Source of the DNA: an uncultured Actinomycetes bacterium
Lineage (GTDB): Bacteria > Actinomycetota > Acidimicrobiia > Spongiisociales > DATADW01
Direction of reading: 5' to 3'
Assembly (NCBI GenBank): GCA_963824995.1
Contig: CAWGRK010000016.1
Span: forward strand, 1 to 64,000
Length of the DNA stretch: 64,000 nucleotides
Shown: positions 40,933 through 50,510 of the stretch, in pieces
How positions within the stretch are numbered: position 1 is the first letter of the stretch
Layout: every line of letters begins with the position of its first letter
The notes under the pieces: generated by a model
Databases searched by the model: none
What the model was told of the DNA's origin: nothing
Seen by the model: only the letters and a program-made list of their open reading frames with translations
Translations under genes and position numbers: made by a program

Positions 40933-41711
40933 TTGCGTCTCCCCAGTACCCAGCCGGTCAACGCCAGAGCCGCCAGCGTCCAGACGGTGATCACCACATA
41001 TGCCATGGCCACGTTCTCCCCGGTGCTCATTCCGAGCGAGTCGCGGATCACCACCCCCATCGGGTAGAACGGCAACACCCGGTGAACATCTGCCAACCAG
41101 GTGGGGAGGTTCTCCGGGGGGAAGTTGATCGGTGTGAAGCCCAAGATCCCGAAGACGAGCACCTGGGTGAGAAGCACCGTGATGCCGGGCGAGGGGATGG
41201 CGTGGGCAAAGGCGTACCCGATGAGCGTTGCCGACACCAGCGTCAGTCCCATTGCAGGGAGGACCGTCCACGACACGTCGTACTGGATCCCATAGCGCCA
41301 TGCCGCCACGAGCAGGGCGGCAATGGCACCGGGCAGGGCCAAGAGGGCGTTGATCACCACCCACGCCGCGGTGGTGGAGGAGCGAGGGATGGGCAGCGAC
41401 CAGGTGAAGTCGTATGTGCCGTCCTCCTTCTCCGATGCGACCAATTGCGGTCCGAGGACAATCCCGACGGTGAGCAAAGTGACCGTTGCCGCACCTGTGG
41501 CCAGATAGAGGGCGATTTCGGACGTCATCGTGGGGAAGAAGAGACCCATGCCCACGGCGAAGCCGACACCGAACAGGATCTGCACGACGACGACGATCGG
41601 TAGGACGTTGCGAAGGGTGGTGAGTTGCCACCGCAACATCACCCCGAGTGAGTCGAGCCAGCGCCCCCAGCCGCGGCGCACCAAGGCGGTGGTCTGGGCG
41701 ACGGCGGTCAT
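40929..41711 (-). CDS. ABC-2 type exporter permease
   Basis: Paralogous to its neighbour (YDFTWSLPIPR, LPTWL..HRVLPF). Confidence 0.88.
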   Translation of the reverse strand: MTAVAQTTALVRRGWGRWLDSLGVMLRWQLTTLRNVLPIVVVVQILFGVGFAVGMGLFFPTMTSEIALYLATGAATVTLLTVGIVLGPQLVASEKEDGTYDFTWSLPIPRSSTTAAWVVINALLALPGAIAALLVAAWRYGIQYDVSWTVLPAMGLTLVSATLIGYAFAHAIPSPGITVLLTQVLVFGILGFTPINFPPENLPTWLADVHRVLPFYPMGVVIRDSLGMSTGENVAMAYVVITVWTLAALALTGWVLGRRK

Positions 41712-41754
41712 CGGACGCTCACAACGAAGCTCTCATAGGCGAGGCCGCGCGCTA

Positions 41755-42711
41755 TCACGCCGCCGCCTCCTCGATGTGTGTCGAGGTGTGGCCGGTCAGC
41801 CTGATGTAGATGTCCTCGAGAGTGGTCGCGCCCAAGGCGTACTCCTCGGCGACACCACGGGCCATCAACTGCTGTGCCCAGGCGATCCCATCCGATGCGG
41901 CCGCCTCGTCGATCACGGTGACCAGGTTGTTGCCAACGCGGGCATGGTGATGAACGAGCGAGGGGAAGTCCGGATCTTCCTCGCCGGGGACCATCATGAC
42001 CTGGAGTCGGAGGCGACCGCGGTCTCCCGCCTTCAACGAAGACGGCGTGCCCTCGGCGACCAGCCGTCCCTCATTGATTACCGCCAGGCGGTCCACCGAC
42101 TTTTCCGCCTCCATGACGTTGTGGGTCACCAGGAAAACGGCAGCTCCCTCGTCGCCGAGCCGGCGGACCTGCTCCCACAGCAGCCGGCGCCGCAGCGGGT
42201 CCACGTCGTTGGTGGGCTCGTCGAGGATCACCACCCGACCGGGCCACACCGTCACCATCACGAATCCGACCAGGCGGCGCACGCCGCCGGAGAGCTTGGC
42301 CCCGACCGTGTCACGCCACTCACCCAGCTGAAGCCCCTCGATCAACTGCTCGCCGCGCTGTCTGACGGCCTCGTCGGGACCGCCGCGGATCAACCCTCCG
42401 AGGTGGACCGCCTCTCTCAGTTTGAAGGACTCGATGGGTACCGGGGCCTGGGGCAGGTAGCTGCACAGTTGCCGAGCGGCATCGGGATCGGCGACCAGGT
42501 CAACCGGCCCGAGCGTGATCGAACCCGACGTCGGCTTGAGCAGCCCGATGACCTGCTTGACCAGTGTGGACTTCCCGGCGCCGTTGGGACCGAGCAGGCC
42601 ATAGACCTCGCCTGGCTCCACCGTGATCGTGATCGCGTCGTTGGCCCGGGTCTTACCTTTGTCGTAGCTCTTGGTGACTTCTTCGGCGTGAAAGGTCCAG
42701 CGCTCGCTCAC
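41755..42711 (-). CDS. ABC exporter ATP-binding protein
   Basis: GPNGAGKS, LSGG, ILDEPT, LVTH; GAGGAG RBS before GTG 42711. Confidence 0.93.
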   Translation of the reverse strand: MSERWTFHAEEVTKSYDKGKTRANDAITITVEPGEVYGLLGPNGAGKSTLVKQVIGLLKPTSGSITLGPVDLVADPDAARQLCSYLPQAPVPIESFKLREAVHLGGLIRGGPDEAVRQRGEQLIEGLQLGEWRDTVGAKLSGGVRRLVGFVMVTVWPGRVVILDEPTNDVDPLRRRLLWEQVRRLGDEGAAVFLVTHNVMEAEKSVDRLAVINEGRLVAEGTPSSLKAGDRGRLRLQVMMVPGEEDPDFPSLVHHHARVGNNLVTVIDEAAASDGIAWAQQLMARGVAEEYALGATTLEDIYIRLTGHTSTHIEEAAA

Positions 42712-43316
42712 GGAGTCCTCCTCTTGGTCGGGTAGAAGACGAATGCGAATGCGGAGACCGGGTCCTCGTCGGCCTGGGTGTCCTCTTCGGTCATCCGTCG
42801 CACCAGGTCCTCCACCTCGCGGGCGAACTTCTCCGCCTTGGCCTCGGGGAGCCGGACCAGACACCGCCCCACCGCCAGCAACTGGTGCTCTCCGATCTCG
42901 TCGAGACGGACGACGCCGGAGCGGACCGCCCTGGTGAAGTCTGCCCTGGTCGTGTCGAGGACGGTGGTGAGGAGCGCCTCCGCCATCTCGTCGCCTGTTG
43001 CCTCCTCGAGGATCCCGGGGCCTGGTCGAAACTCCTTCGCCGCCGCCACGTAGACCCGCTCGTTGAGTGCCCGGGCCTTGCGCTCCCCGACCACCCGGAT
43101 CAACCCGTTCTGCTCCAGCATCTTGATGTGGTGGTACAGACGGGTCCGGGGAACCGCCATCTCCTCGGCGATCTCCTTGACGCTCAGCGGTTTCACCAGC
43201 AGTTCGATGATCTGCAACCGGGTCGGGTCAGCCAGGGCCCTCAGAGATTCGAGATCCTCGATCCAGAACGTGTCCGGCAAATCGTCTGTCTTGCGCTTCC
43301 TCAGTTTGGCGAGCAT
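42708..43316 (-). CDS. ArsR-like winged-helix regulator
   Basis: LRALADPTRLQII..SVKEIAEEM..RTRLYHHIKMLE..ERVY. Confidence 0.88.
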   Translation of the reverse strand: MLAKLRKRKTDDLPDTFWIEDLESLRALADPTRLQIIELLVKPLSVKEIAEEMAVPRTRLYHHIKMLEQNGLIRVVGERKARALNERVYVAAAKEFRPGPGILEEATGDEMAEALLTTVLDTTRADFTRAVRSGVVRLDEIGEHQLLAVGRCLVRLPEAKAEKFAREVEDLVRRMTEEDTQADEDPVSAFAFVFYPTKRRTP

Positions 43317-43325
43317 TCATACCAT

Positions 43326-43384
43326 CCCAACGTTCAAGCTATCTGAACGTTGGGCAGTATTGAACGCAGTGAGCACAAAGTCAA
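43326..43384 (-). promoter_or_regulatory. Sigma70-type promoter with a downstream 11-bp inverted-repeat operator
   Basis: Minus strand TTGACT (43379-43384), 17 nt, AATACT (43356-43361), then CCCAACGTTCA-N7-TGAACGTTGGG (43326-43354). Confidence 0.7.
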
Positions 43385-43430
43385 GATAAATTGGAACAAA
43401 GCTTCACGTCCGCCGTCCGCCGTCTGGCTG

Positions 43431-44363
43431 TTACCCCTTGACGGCTCCCGCGGTCAAGCCCCCAACGATCTGACGTTGCAGCACCAGGAAGAGCAGCACG
43501 ATCGGCGTCGCACCGACAACCGCTGCTGCGGTGATCAGGCCCCACTTGGCGGTGTACTGGCTGGTCGCGAAAAGGCTCATCCCCACGGCGTAGGTGTACT
43601 GGCTCGTGTCGGTGAGGAGGAAGGTGGCGAGCAGGACCTCGCCGTAGAACCCTATGAAGCTGATCATGAAGATCACCACTAGAACCGGCCGGGTGAGGGG
43701 AAGGATGATTCCCCAGAACACCTGCCAGGACGTCGCCCCATCGACTTTCGCCGACTCGTCGAGAGAATTGGGGATGGAGTCCATGAAACCCTTGAGCAGG
43801 AAAGCGTTGAACCCGATGGCCCCGCCGAGGTAGACGAGGATCAGCCCGATATGGGTGCCGAGGCCGGCGGCAGGAATCACCACCCCGATCTGAAGAAGCA
43901 GCGCGAATAGGGCAATGAAGCCCAAGAAAGCCGGGAACACCTGGATGAGCAGCAGTGCCGTCAGACCGGCCCGCCGTCCTCGGAAGCGAAGCCGGCTGAA
44001 GGCATACGCAGCCAACGAGGCGATGAAGAGCGTGCTTACGGCTGCCACCAACGACACCTTGAGTGTGTTCAAGAGCCAGGTGCCGAACGGCGTCAATGGG
44101 TTCTCGAACAGACCCTGGAAGTTCTCCAGCGTTGCACCCTCGGGGATCAGGGTCGCCGTTGCCAGCGAGTCCACCGGGTTTATCGATGAGGTGACGATCC
44201 AGGCAATCGGAAAGAGTGCAAAGAGCACGCCGAGCACGAGCAGGAGGTGGCGCCACCCCAGTTCTCTGATCCAGCGGCGCGGTGACAACCGAGGTGCGAC
44301 GAACTCGTCTTCGGGCAGTGGAGTCAGGTCGACATTGGAGGATGCGACATCAGGGGCTGCCAT
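43431..44363 (-). CDS. malG: Maltose/maltodextrin ABC permease
   Basis: AAYAFSRLRFRGR, IQVFP, KGFMDSIPNSLDESAKVDGA, GGLTAGAVKG. Confidence 0.85.
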   Translation of the reverse strand: MAAPDVASSNVDLTPLPEDEFVAPRLSPRRWIRELGWRHLLLVLGVLFALFPIAWIVTSSINPVDSLATATLIPEGATLENFQGLFENPLTPFGTWLLNTLKVSLVAAVSTLFIASLAAYAFSRLRFRGRRAGLTALLLIQVFPAFLGFIALFALLLQIGVVIPAAGLGTHIGLILVYLGGAIGFNAFLLKGFMDSIPNSLDESAKVDGATSWQVFWGIILPLTRPVLVVIFMISFIGFYGEVLLATFLLTDTSQYTYAVGMSLFATSQYTAKWGLITAAAVVGATPIVLLFLVLQRQIVGGLTAGAVKG

Positions 44364-45969
44364 AGATCTCCTCCAATCTGCGAGTGAAACGGAAGCTGTA
44401 GGCGGCGATGAGCATCACGATCAGGAAGATGATCACGGTTAGCGCCGACGCCAGACCGAACTGCTGGCCAGCGCCTTGCGAATAGGCCAGTCCAAATGTG
44501 AACGAGATGAGGATGTCGGTGTGTCCCACCGGGACCGCGGCGTTGGCGATCGGCGGTCCGCCATCGGTGAGCAGGTAGATCAGGTTGAAGTTGTTGAAGG
44601 CGACGGCGAATGAGCCGATCAGCAGCGGTGCTATCCCCACCATCAACAACGGGAAGGTGATCTTGCGAAAAACGCTGGTGGAGCGCGCCCCATCGACCCT
44701 GGCCGCCTCGAGCAACTCCGCAGGGATCGCAGTCAGCGCCCCGGTAACGATCAGGAACATGTAGGGGAAGGTCAGCCAACTGTTGACGATCAGGAGGGCG
44801 ACTTTCGCCCAGAAGGGATCAGCGAGCCACGCCGGTGAGCTGCCGCCGAAGATCCCCAGGATGGGGTCGATGATGTCCCCTACCTTGCCGTACTGCGGGT
44901 TGAACAGACCCCGCCAGACGATGATGCTGATGAACCCGGGGATGGCGTAGGGCAGGATCAAGAGTGAGCGATACAGCTTCTTCCCACGCATTCGCTCATC
45001 GTTGAGGGCGACCGCCAACGACATCCCGAGCGCGAGCGAGAGCACGACGGAGAGAGCGGCGAAAACGACCGTCCAGATGAAGACCTGGACGAGCGGACCG
45101 CGCAGCCGAGCATCGGTGAGAACCGCGGCGAAGTTGGCGAACCCGATGAAGTCGTGCCAGCCCGGCTCTATGACCTGGTCACCACAGACGAAGTTTCCCT
45201 CGACAGCCGGACATTCGGTCCCGGTGGTGGTGTCGATCAAGACCCCCTTTTCTGTGTCGTAGACGTACTGCTGGGTAGACGTCACCAACTCGGCACTCGA
45301 CACCGTGACCGGCTGGATCACCCCCTGACCGGGGACGTCGAGCACCAAGCCCTGGAGTTCCTCCGCCCTGTTGAACAACTGGATCGACGGGATGAGGGTC
45401 AGATCATCGATCTGCTCTGGGGGTCCTTCCGACACGTCTATACCCGGATCCTCGAGCGGCGTTGTGCTCGGCTCGGCGTCGCGCGGCCGAGGCACCCCGA
45501 AATACACCTGGCCGTCTTCGGAGAAGGCAAGAAAGGTCAGCTCGCCGGCCGGATCCTCATAGACCGCGAGCTCCAAGCTGATGGCGCCGGCGCCGCCCGT
45601 GGCTTCCCGGGATTCGAGTTGCTCGATCACCTGACTCTTGTTGAGGAAGTTTCCCGTCTGCCAGTTGGTGAGTGAGACGTATGCGGTGTAGAGGATGGGG
45701 AACACGGCGAACATCGCGACCAGCCACAGACCTGGCGCCAGCCACCGCATCGCCTGGGCTCGCGGTGAGAGATACGCCCAGTTGATGAATACGGCGCCGC
45801 CGACCATCAGTACGAGCAGCGGCCACAGAGAGTTGGTGATCATGACCGGGATTGCCCAGATCACCAGCGCATCGAGGATGGCGAGGATCGCCGTCTTGAT
45901 CCAGAAACCCCGCCCGATACGCGGAGAGGACAGGGTCGTTGCCGGTGCCCTGTCCCCTCCTTCAGTCAC
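44350..45969 (-). CDS. malF: Maltose/maltodextrin ABC permease with large extracytoplasmic loop
   Basis: RSLLILPYAIPGFIS, PYMFL, EAARVDGA, FNNFNLIYLLTDGGP, GHTDILIS. Confidence 0.85.
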   Translation of the reverse strand: MTEGGDRAPATTLSSPRIGRGFWIKTAILAILDALVIWAIPVMITNSLWPLLVLMVGGAVFINWAYLSPRAQAMRWLAPGLWLVAMFAVFPILYTAYVSLTNWQTGNFLNKSQVIEQLESREATGGAGAISLELAVYEDPAGELTFLAFSEDGQVYFGVPRPRDAEPSTTPLEDPGIDVSEGPPEQIDDLTLIPSIQLFNRAEELQGLVLDVPGQGVIQPVTVSSAELVTSTQQYVYDTEKGVLIDTTTGTECPAVEGNFVCGDQVIEPGWHDFIGFANFAAVLTDARLRGPLVQVFIWTVVFAALSVVLSLALGMSLAVALNDERMRGKKLYRSLLILPYAIPGFISIIVWRGLFNPQYGKVGDIIDPILGIFGGSSPAWLADPFWAKVALLIVNSWLTFPYMFLIVTGALTAIPAELLEAARVDGARSTSVFRKITFPLLMVGIAPLLIGSFAVAFNNFNLIYLLTDGGPPIANAAVPVGHTDILISFTFGLAYSQGAGQQFGLASALTVIIFLIVMLIAAYSFRFTRRLEEIYGSP

Positions 45970-46002
45970 GGTCGCAAACCTAGGTCATATCCGACGCAGC
46001 CG

Positions 46003-47373
46003 TCACGGCTGGGGTACACCTACCGCCGACTGCACCTGTTCGGCGGCGGTCCCCATGGCCTCCTCTGCATTCACCTCACCGTTCCGGAGCAGAAGCAATT
46101 GGTCGCCAAGCGGCCCCCAGACCGAGCCCATCTCCGGGATGTTGGGAAGCGGTATGCCGTCCGCTGCTGATTCGTTGAAGGTCTGTGCCACCGGATCGTC
46201 GGCAGCGGCCGCCTCGAACACGGCGGTGAACGTAGGCAGCCGGTAGTCGGCTGCGTACAACGCCTCCATCGTCTCCTGCGTCGCAACGTAGTCGAGCAGG
46301 AATGAGGTAGCCAGAACCTTGTTCTCGCCGAACGCGTTTATGAAGAAGCCCTGCGCCCCGACGAACGGGGCCGGGGTGTTGCCCTCGATAGTGGGGAGCT
46401 TGGCCACGCTCCATGGCACTTCGACGCTCTCCTCGTTGAGTCCACCGAGCTCCCAGGGGCCGGTGATCCAGAAGGGCTGGCTCCCCTCCAGGAAGAGGTT
46501 CTTGGCAGTGTCGTAGTTGGTCGAGGCGATCACGCCGTCGTCGACGAGGGTCTGGAGTACCTCGACCCCGGCGAGCGACTCTGGAGTGTCAAGCCCCACA
46601 TCCGAGGGGTCAAACCCGGTGGCGGGATCGAACCGGAAGATGTAGCCACCACCGGCCGAGATGAACGGATAGTGGTGGTAGGCGTCAGGGCCATCGCCGC
46701 CGCCCGGCAGCCCGATGCAGTTCTCGATGTCGGCCAATCCCTCACAGGCCGCCACAGCCTCTTCGATGCTCGCAGGCGGCTCGGGGACAAGGTCGGTGTT
46801 GTAGTAGAGGGCGATGGCTTCGTACCCGTATGGGACGGCGTATAGCTGGCCGTCAACAGAGAAAGCAGTCAATGACAGCTCGAAGAAGTCCCCACTCTTC
46901 GAACCGAGGTCGACCGGCTCGATCACGCCGTTCGTCGCCAGCTCACCCGTCCAGTCGCTCGCCCCGATGAAGAGATCCGGCCCCTCGCCGGCCGGCGCCT
47001 GCGTCGTCACTTGCTCACGGATACTCCCGAAGTCGACAATCTGCACCTGGACGCTGACCCCTGTGGCGTCGGTGAATGCCGGGCTGATCTCCTCGATGAC
47101 TGCCGCTCGCAGTTCGTCGGCCCAGATCACCAGGTTGCCGGCAGCACCCGCCGTGGTGTCGGTCGCGCCCGCCGTGGTGTCGGTTGCGCCAGCGGTTGTC
47201 TCCGTAGCCGCTGTTGTGTCCACCGCAGCAGCGGTGGTTCCAGTGCCTGCAGCGGTGGTGTCAGCGCCACCGGCCGCAGTTGTGTCGGTAGTGTCACCGC
47301 CTCCGCAAGCGGCGATGACGATGGTCAACACCGCAAGCAAAGCAAACAGGGTGCTCCGTGGTCGAGTGTTCAT
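46003..47373 (-). CDS. malE: Maltodextrin-binding lipoprotein with Thr/Ala-rich linker
   Basis: Lipobox IAACGG, (TDTTAGA)n linker, LVIWAD, GPDLF, ITGPW, PFVG, PNIPEMGSVW. Confidence 0.85.
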   Translation of the reverse strand: MNTRPRSTLFALLAVLTIVIAACGGGDTTDTTAAGGADTTAAGTGTTAAAVDTTAATETTAGATDTTAGATDTTAGAAGNLVIWADELRAAVIEEISPAFTDATGVSVQVQIVDFGSIREQVTTQAPAGEGPDLFIGASDWTGELATNGVIEPVDLGSKSGDFFELSLTAFSVDGQLYAVPYGYEAIALYYNTDLVPEPPASIEEAVAACEGLADIENCIGLPGGGDGPDAYHHYPFISAGGGYIFRFDPATGFDPSDVGLDTPESLAGVEVLQTLVDDGVIASTNYDTAKNLFLEGSQPFWITGPWELGGLNEESVEVPWSVAKLPTIEGNTPAPFVGAQGFFINAFGENKVLATSFLLDYVATQETMEALYAADYRLPTFTAVFEAAAADDPVAQTFNESAADGIPLPNIPEMGSVWGPLGDQLLLLRNGEVNAEEAMGTAAEQVQSAVGVPQP

Positions 47374-47498
47374 CCGTCCTCCTCTTCAACACGAAGAGCG
47401 CCCCCTTTGAAGCAGGCACCCGTGAGCCGCGGAGTGTACGCCTCGCCGAGCTGACGCATGTGGGCGGGACTCGGTCCACCGGTAGAATCGACCGACCC

Positions 47499-47589
47499 GG
47501 AGGGATCGCATAGTCCGGCCTAGTGCGCGGCACTCGAAATGCCGTAGGGGGTTACCACCCTCTCGTGGGTTCGAATCCCACTCCCTCCG
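47499..47589 (+). tRNA. tRNA-Ser (CGA)
   Basis: GGAGGGA acceptor, CGGCA-CTCGAAA-TGCCG arm, long variable arm; TAGAAT -10 at 47483-47488. Confidence 0.96.
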
Positions 47590-47592
47590 CGA

Positions 47593-47625
47593 GAAGACGG
47601 AAGTCGGAAGACGGAAGTCGGAAGT
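47593..47625. repeat. Heptamer tandem repeat (GAAGWCG)n
   Basis: GAAGACG GAAGTCG GAAGACG GAAGTCG GAAGT directly after the tRNA. Confidence 0.85.
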
Positions 47626-47745
47626 ACTGACAACCCCGAGCAGACTGCGGCTGTGTTGGGGAGCCGTATCTCCCGCGGTGTCGACTCATGTCGGTGACGC
47701 GCTTTTGTTGTCATTGGTCTGACCGGTTGGCCGGAAGACCGACGT

Positions 47746-47832
47746 GGAGGGATGGCCGAGCGGTCGAAGGCGGCAGTCTTGAAAACTGCCGGGCCCATTC
47801 GGGTCCCGTGGGTTCGAATCCCACTCCCTCCG
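47746..47832 (+). tRNA. tRNA-Ser (TGA)
   Basis: GGAGGGA acceptor, GCAGT-CTTGAAA-ACTGC arm, GGTTCGAATCC. Confidence 0.96.
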
Positions 47833-47899
47833 CTCCGCAGACGGAAGACGGAAGATCGGAAGCCAGAAGAGTCGCGACGCTCCTCGGGGAGATTGACCG

Positions 47900-49228
47900 A
47901 TGGTGACGACTCGTTACGCCCGGAGTGGTGATGTCAACATCGCCTACCAAGTGGTGGGCGCGGGGGAGCGCGACCTCGTCTATGTGCCGGGGTGGGTATC
48001 CAACATCGAGGTGATGTGGGAAGACCCTGGGTTGGCGCGGTTCCTCAATCGGCTGGCTTCCTTCTCGCGGCTGATCACCTTCGACAAGCGCGGTACCGGG
48101 CTGTCCGATTCCGTCCCCGTCGAGGACCTGCCGACGCTCGAAGTCCGGATGGACGACCTGCGGGCGGTGATGGACGCCGTCGGCTCGGAGCGGGCAACGC
48201 TCTTCGGACACTCCGAAGGCGGCAATATGTGCATCCTCTTTGCTGCAACGTACCCAGAGCGGTGCGACTCGCTGATCCTGACTGGGAGCTACGCCGCCAG
48301 GGTCCGCCGCGACGACTATCCCTGGGCACCGACCACCGAGGACCGATTGGCCGAGATCGATGCAGTCGAACGGAAGTGGGGCGATCCCGAGATCTTCAGC
48401 TACCTAGTGCCCAGCAGGGCGGACGACCAGGTTTTCCAGGCGTGGCTGCAGAGATATCAGCGACTCTCGGCGAGCCCGCGTGCTGCGGCGGCGCTGTTGC
48501 GGATGAACACGATGATCGACGTGACCGCGGTGCTCCCGTCGATATCGGTTCCGACCCTGCTGCTCTACCGAGTGGACGACATTGACGTCAAAATCGAGGA
48601 AGGCCGCTATCTGGCATCGAGGATCCCCGATGCGAGGCTTGTCGAACTCCCCGGCGCCGATCACGGCTTCTGGGGGGGCGATACGGAAGCCATCATCGAG
48701 GAGATCGAGGAGTTCATCACCGGCCACCGCGACGTGGCTGGTCCCGAGAGGGTGCTGGCGACGGTCCTCTTCACCGACATCGTCGATTCGACCAAGCAGG
48801 CGGTATCGCTCGGCGACTCGGCGTGGCGGGATCTGCTTGACCGGCACCATGCGACCGTTCGAGTCGAGCTGCAGCGGTGGCGGGGCAGGGAGATAGCCAC
48901 CGCAGGCGACGGGTTCTTCGCAACGTTCGACGGGCCGGCCCGAGCCATCCGGTGCGCCCAAGCCGTCTCCTACGGCGTCCGCTCGCTGGGTATCCGGGTC
49001 CGCTGCGGTCTGCACACCGGTGAGGTGGAGACCAGAGGGGATGATGTCTCTGGCCTGGCTGTCCATATCGGTGCCCGGGTAGCCGGCCTCGCCGGCGCCG
49101 GTGAGGTGCTCGTATCTAGGACGGTGAAAGACCTGGTCGCCGGTGCTGGGTTCGAGTTCCACGATCGCGGCAGCCACGAGTTGAAGGGAGTCCCCGATCG
49201 TTGGGAGGTATACGAGGTGGCGCACTAG
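47900..49228 (+). CDS. Alpha/beta-hydrolase plus class III adenylate/guanylate cyclase fusion (LipJ-like)
   Basis: FDKRGTGLSD, GHSEGG; LFTDIVDST, AGDGF, GLHTGEVE, AVHIGARVA. Confidence 0.92.
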   Translation: MVTTRYARSGDVNIAYQVVGAGERDLVYVPGWVSNIEVMWEDPGLARFLNRLASFSRLITFDKRGTGLSDSVPVEDLPTLEVRMDDLRAVMDAVGSERATLFGHSEGGNMCILFAATYPERCDSLILTGSYAARVRRDDYPWAPTTEDRLAEIDAVERKWGDPEIFSYLVPSRADDQVFQAWLQRYQRLSASPRAAAALLRMNTMIDVTAVLPSISVPTLLLYRVDDIDVKIEEGRYLASRIPDARLVELPGADHGFWGGDTEAIIEEIEEFITGHRDVAGPERVLATVLFTDIVDSTKQAVSLGDSAWRDLLDRHHATVRVELQRWRGREIATAGDGFFATFDGPARAIRCAQAVSYGVRSLGIRVRCGLHTGEVETRGDDVSGLAVHIGARVAGLAGAGEVLVSRTVKDLVAGAGFEFHDRGSHELKGVPDRWEVYEVAH

Positions 49229-49231
49229 GAC

Positions 49232-49276
49232 GCCATCTGCCATCTGCCATCCGCCGTCCGCCGTCCCCTGTCCGCC
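49232..49276. repeat. Heptamer tandem repeat (GCCRTCY)n
   Basis: GCCATCT GCCATCT GCCATCC GCCGTCC GCCGTCC after the cyclase stop. Confidence 0.85.
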
Positions 49277-49314
49277 TGACTACCGTGGTCGTGCCGGGTC
49301 CCCTCCCGGCGCAG

Positions 49315-49406
<92 letters not shown>

Positions 49407-49440
49407 GAGGCTTCCCGGGTCGAGTCTCCCCGTTGTGACG

Positions 49441-49950
49441 ATGGCAAACAGCGAACACGACACCGTATACACCCGGCCGCTCCGTTCCGATGAGGTCGGG
49501 TTTCTCCAGGAGATGCTCTATGCCGCGCTGGCGTGGCGTCCTGACGCCACGTTGCCGCCGGTGGAATGGGTTCTCGCCCACCCGCAGGTGTCGATCTTCC
49601 ACGAAGGGTGGGGCAGGCACGGTGATGTCGCCTTGGTGGCCGAAGTGGACGACCGACCGGTCGGGCTCGTCTGGTACCGGTACTTCACCGAGGAAGCCCA
49701 CGGGGAGGGGTTCGTCGATGAGGTGACTCCGGAGCTGGCAATTGCGGTGGTTGACGGCTACCGGGGCCGGGGCATCGGACGGTTGTTGATGAACGCCGCC
49801 CACGAGCAAGCGCGGATCGACCGAATCTCACGGATCTCGCTGAGCGTCGATCCCGAGAACCCGGCAAGACAACTCTACGAGTCGCTCGGATACGCCGAGT
49901 ACGAGCCAGGAGACGGGCTCGACAGGATGGTCCTTGGTCTCGCCGACTGA
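49441..49950 (+). CDS. GNAT family N-acetyltransferase
   Basis: PELAIAVVDGYRGRGIGRLL, SLSVDPENPARQLYESLG. Confidence 0.9.
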   Translation: MANSEHDTVYTRPLRSDEVGFLQEMLYAALAWRPDATLPPVEWVLAHPQVSIFHEGWGRHGDVALVAEVDDRPVGLVWYRYFTEEAHGEGFVDEVTPELAIAVVDGYRGRGIGRLLMNAAHEQARIDRISRISLSVDPENPARQLYESLGYAEYEPGDGLDRMVLGLAD

Positions 49951-49976
49951 TCGCGGCTCCGGTCACCCCATTCGAA

Positions 49977-50510
49977 TCAATTTCGCCGGATGCGGTAGAG
50001 GACGTGCCGGCGGAGTGGCGAGTTCACGGAGAGCCGGGGATGGTCGAAGTCGTCGTTGGGGTCATGGCTCATCCCAAGCCGCTCCATGACTCGTCTCGAC
50101 GGCCAATTCTCCTCGGTGGTGCACGAGACGATCTCCGCCAATCCGACTCCGTAGCCAAACCGGAGTGAGGCCAACCCCGCTTCGGTGGCATAGCCCTTGC
50201 CCCAGTGCTCCTTGCCGAGACGCCATCCCACTTCGACCGGCGGCGGATCAAGCGGAATGAAGCTCTGCACGCTCAGCCCCACGAACCCGGCAAACGGGAT
50301 TTCTCCCGCGACCTCGACCACCCACAGCCCAAAACCCCGTTCATCCCACCCCTGCTCGATCGAGTCGGCGAGGGCGTCGGATTCTTCCCTGGTGAGGGTG
50401 CGCGGGAAGTAGCGCATCACGTCCGGGTCGGCGTTGATATCGGCGAACGGCACTCGATCCTCGTCTCGCCAACGCCGCAGGTGCAGTCGCTCGGTTCGGA
50501 TCTCGATCAA
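49977..50510 (-). CDS. RimJ/RimL-type GNAT acetyltransferase
   Basis: IRTERLHLRRW, NADPDVM, VEVGWRL..WGKGYATEA, SRRVMERLGM. Confidence 0.92.
   Translation of the reverse strand: MIEIRTERLHLRRWRDEDRVPFADINADPDVMRYFPRTLTREESDALADSIEQGWDERGFGLWVVEVAGEIPFAGFVGLSVQSFIPLDPPPVEVGWRLGKEHWGKGYATEAGLASLRFGYGVGLAEIVSCTTEENWPSRRVMERLGMSHDPNDDFDHPRLSVNSPLRRHVLYRIRRN

Noticed and set aside
28790..41631. Extended ORF calls (824-aa pbpA, 366-aa tadA, 369-aa ORF through tRNA-Leu, 494-aa permease) and long antisense ORFs
   Set aside because: The extensions overlap real genes or RNAs and are Arg/Pro-rich shadow frames typical of high-GC DNA
47140..47300. DNA repeat element in malE
   Set aside because: It encodes an in-frame Thr/Ala/Gly linker (TDTTAGA repeats) after the lipobox, an ordinary lipoprotein tether
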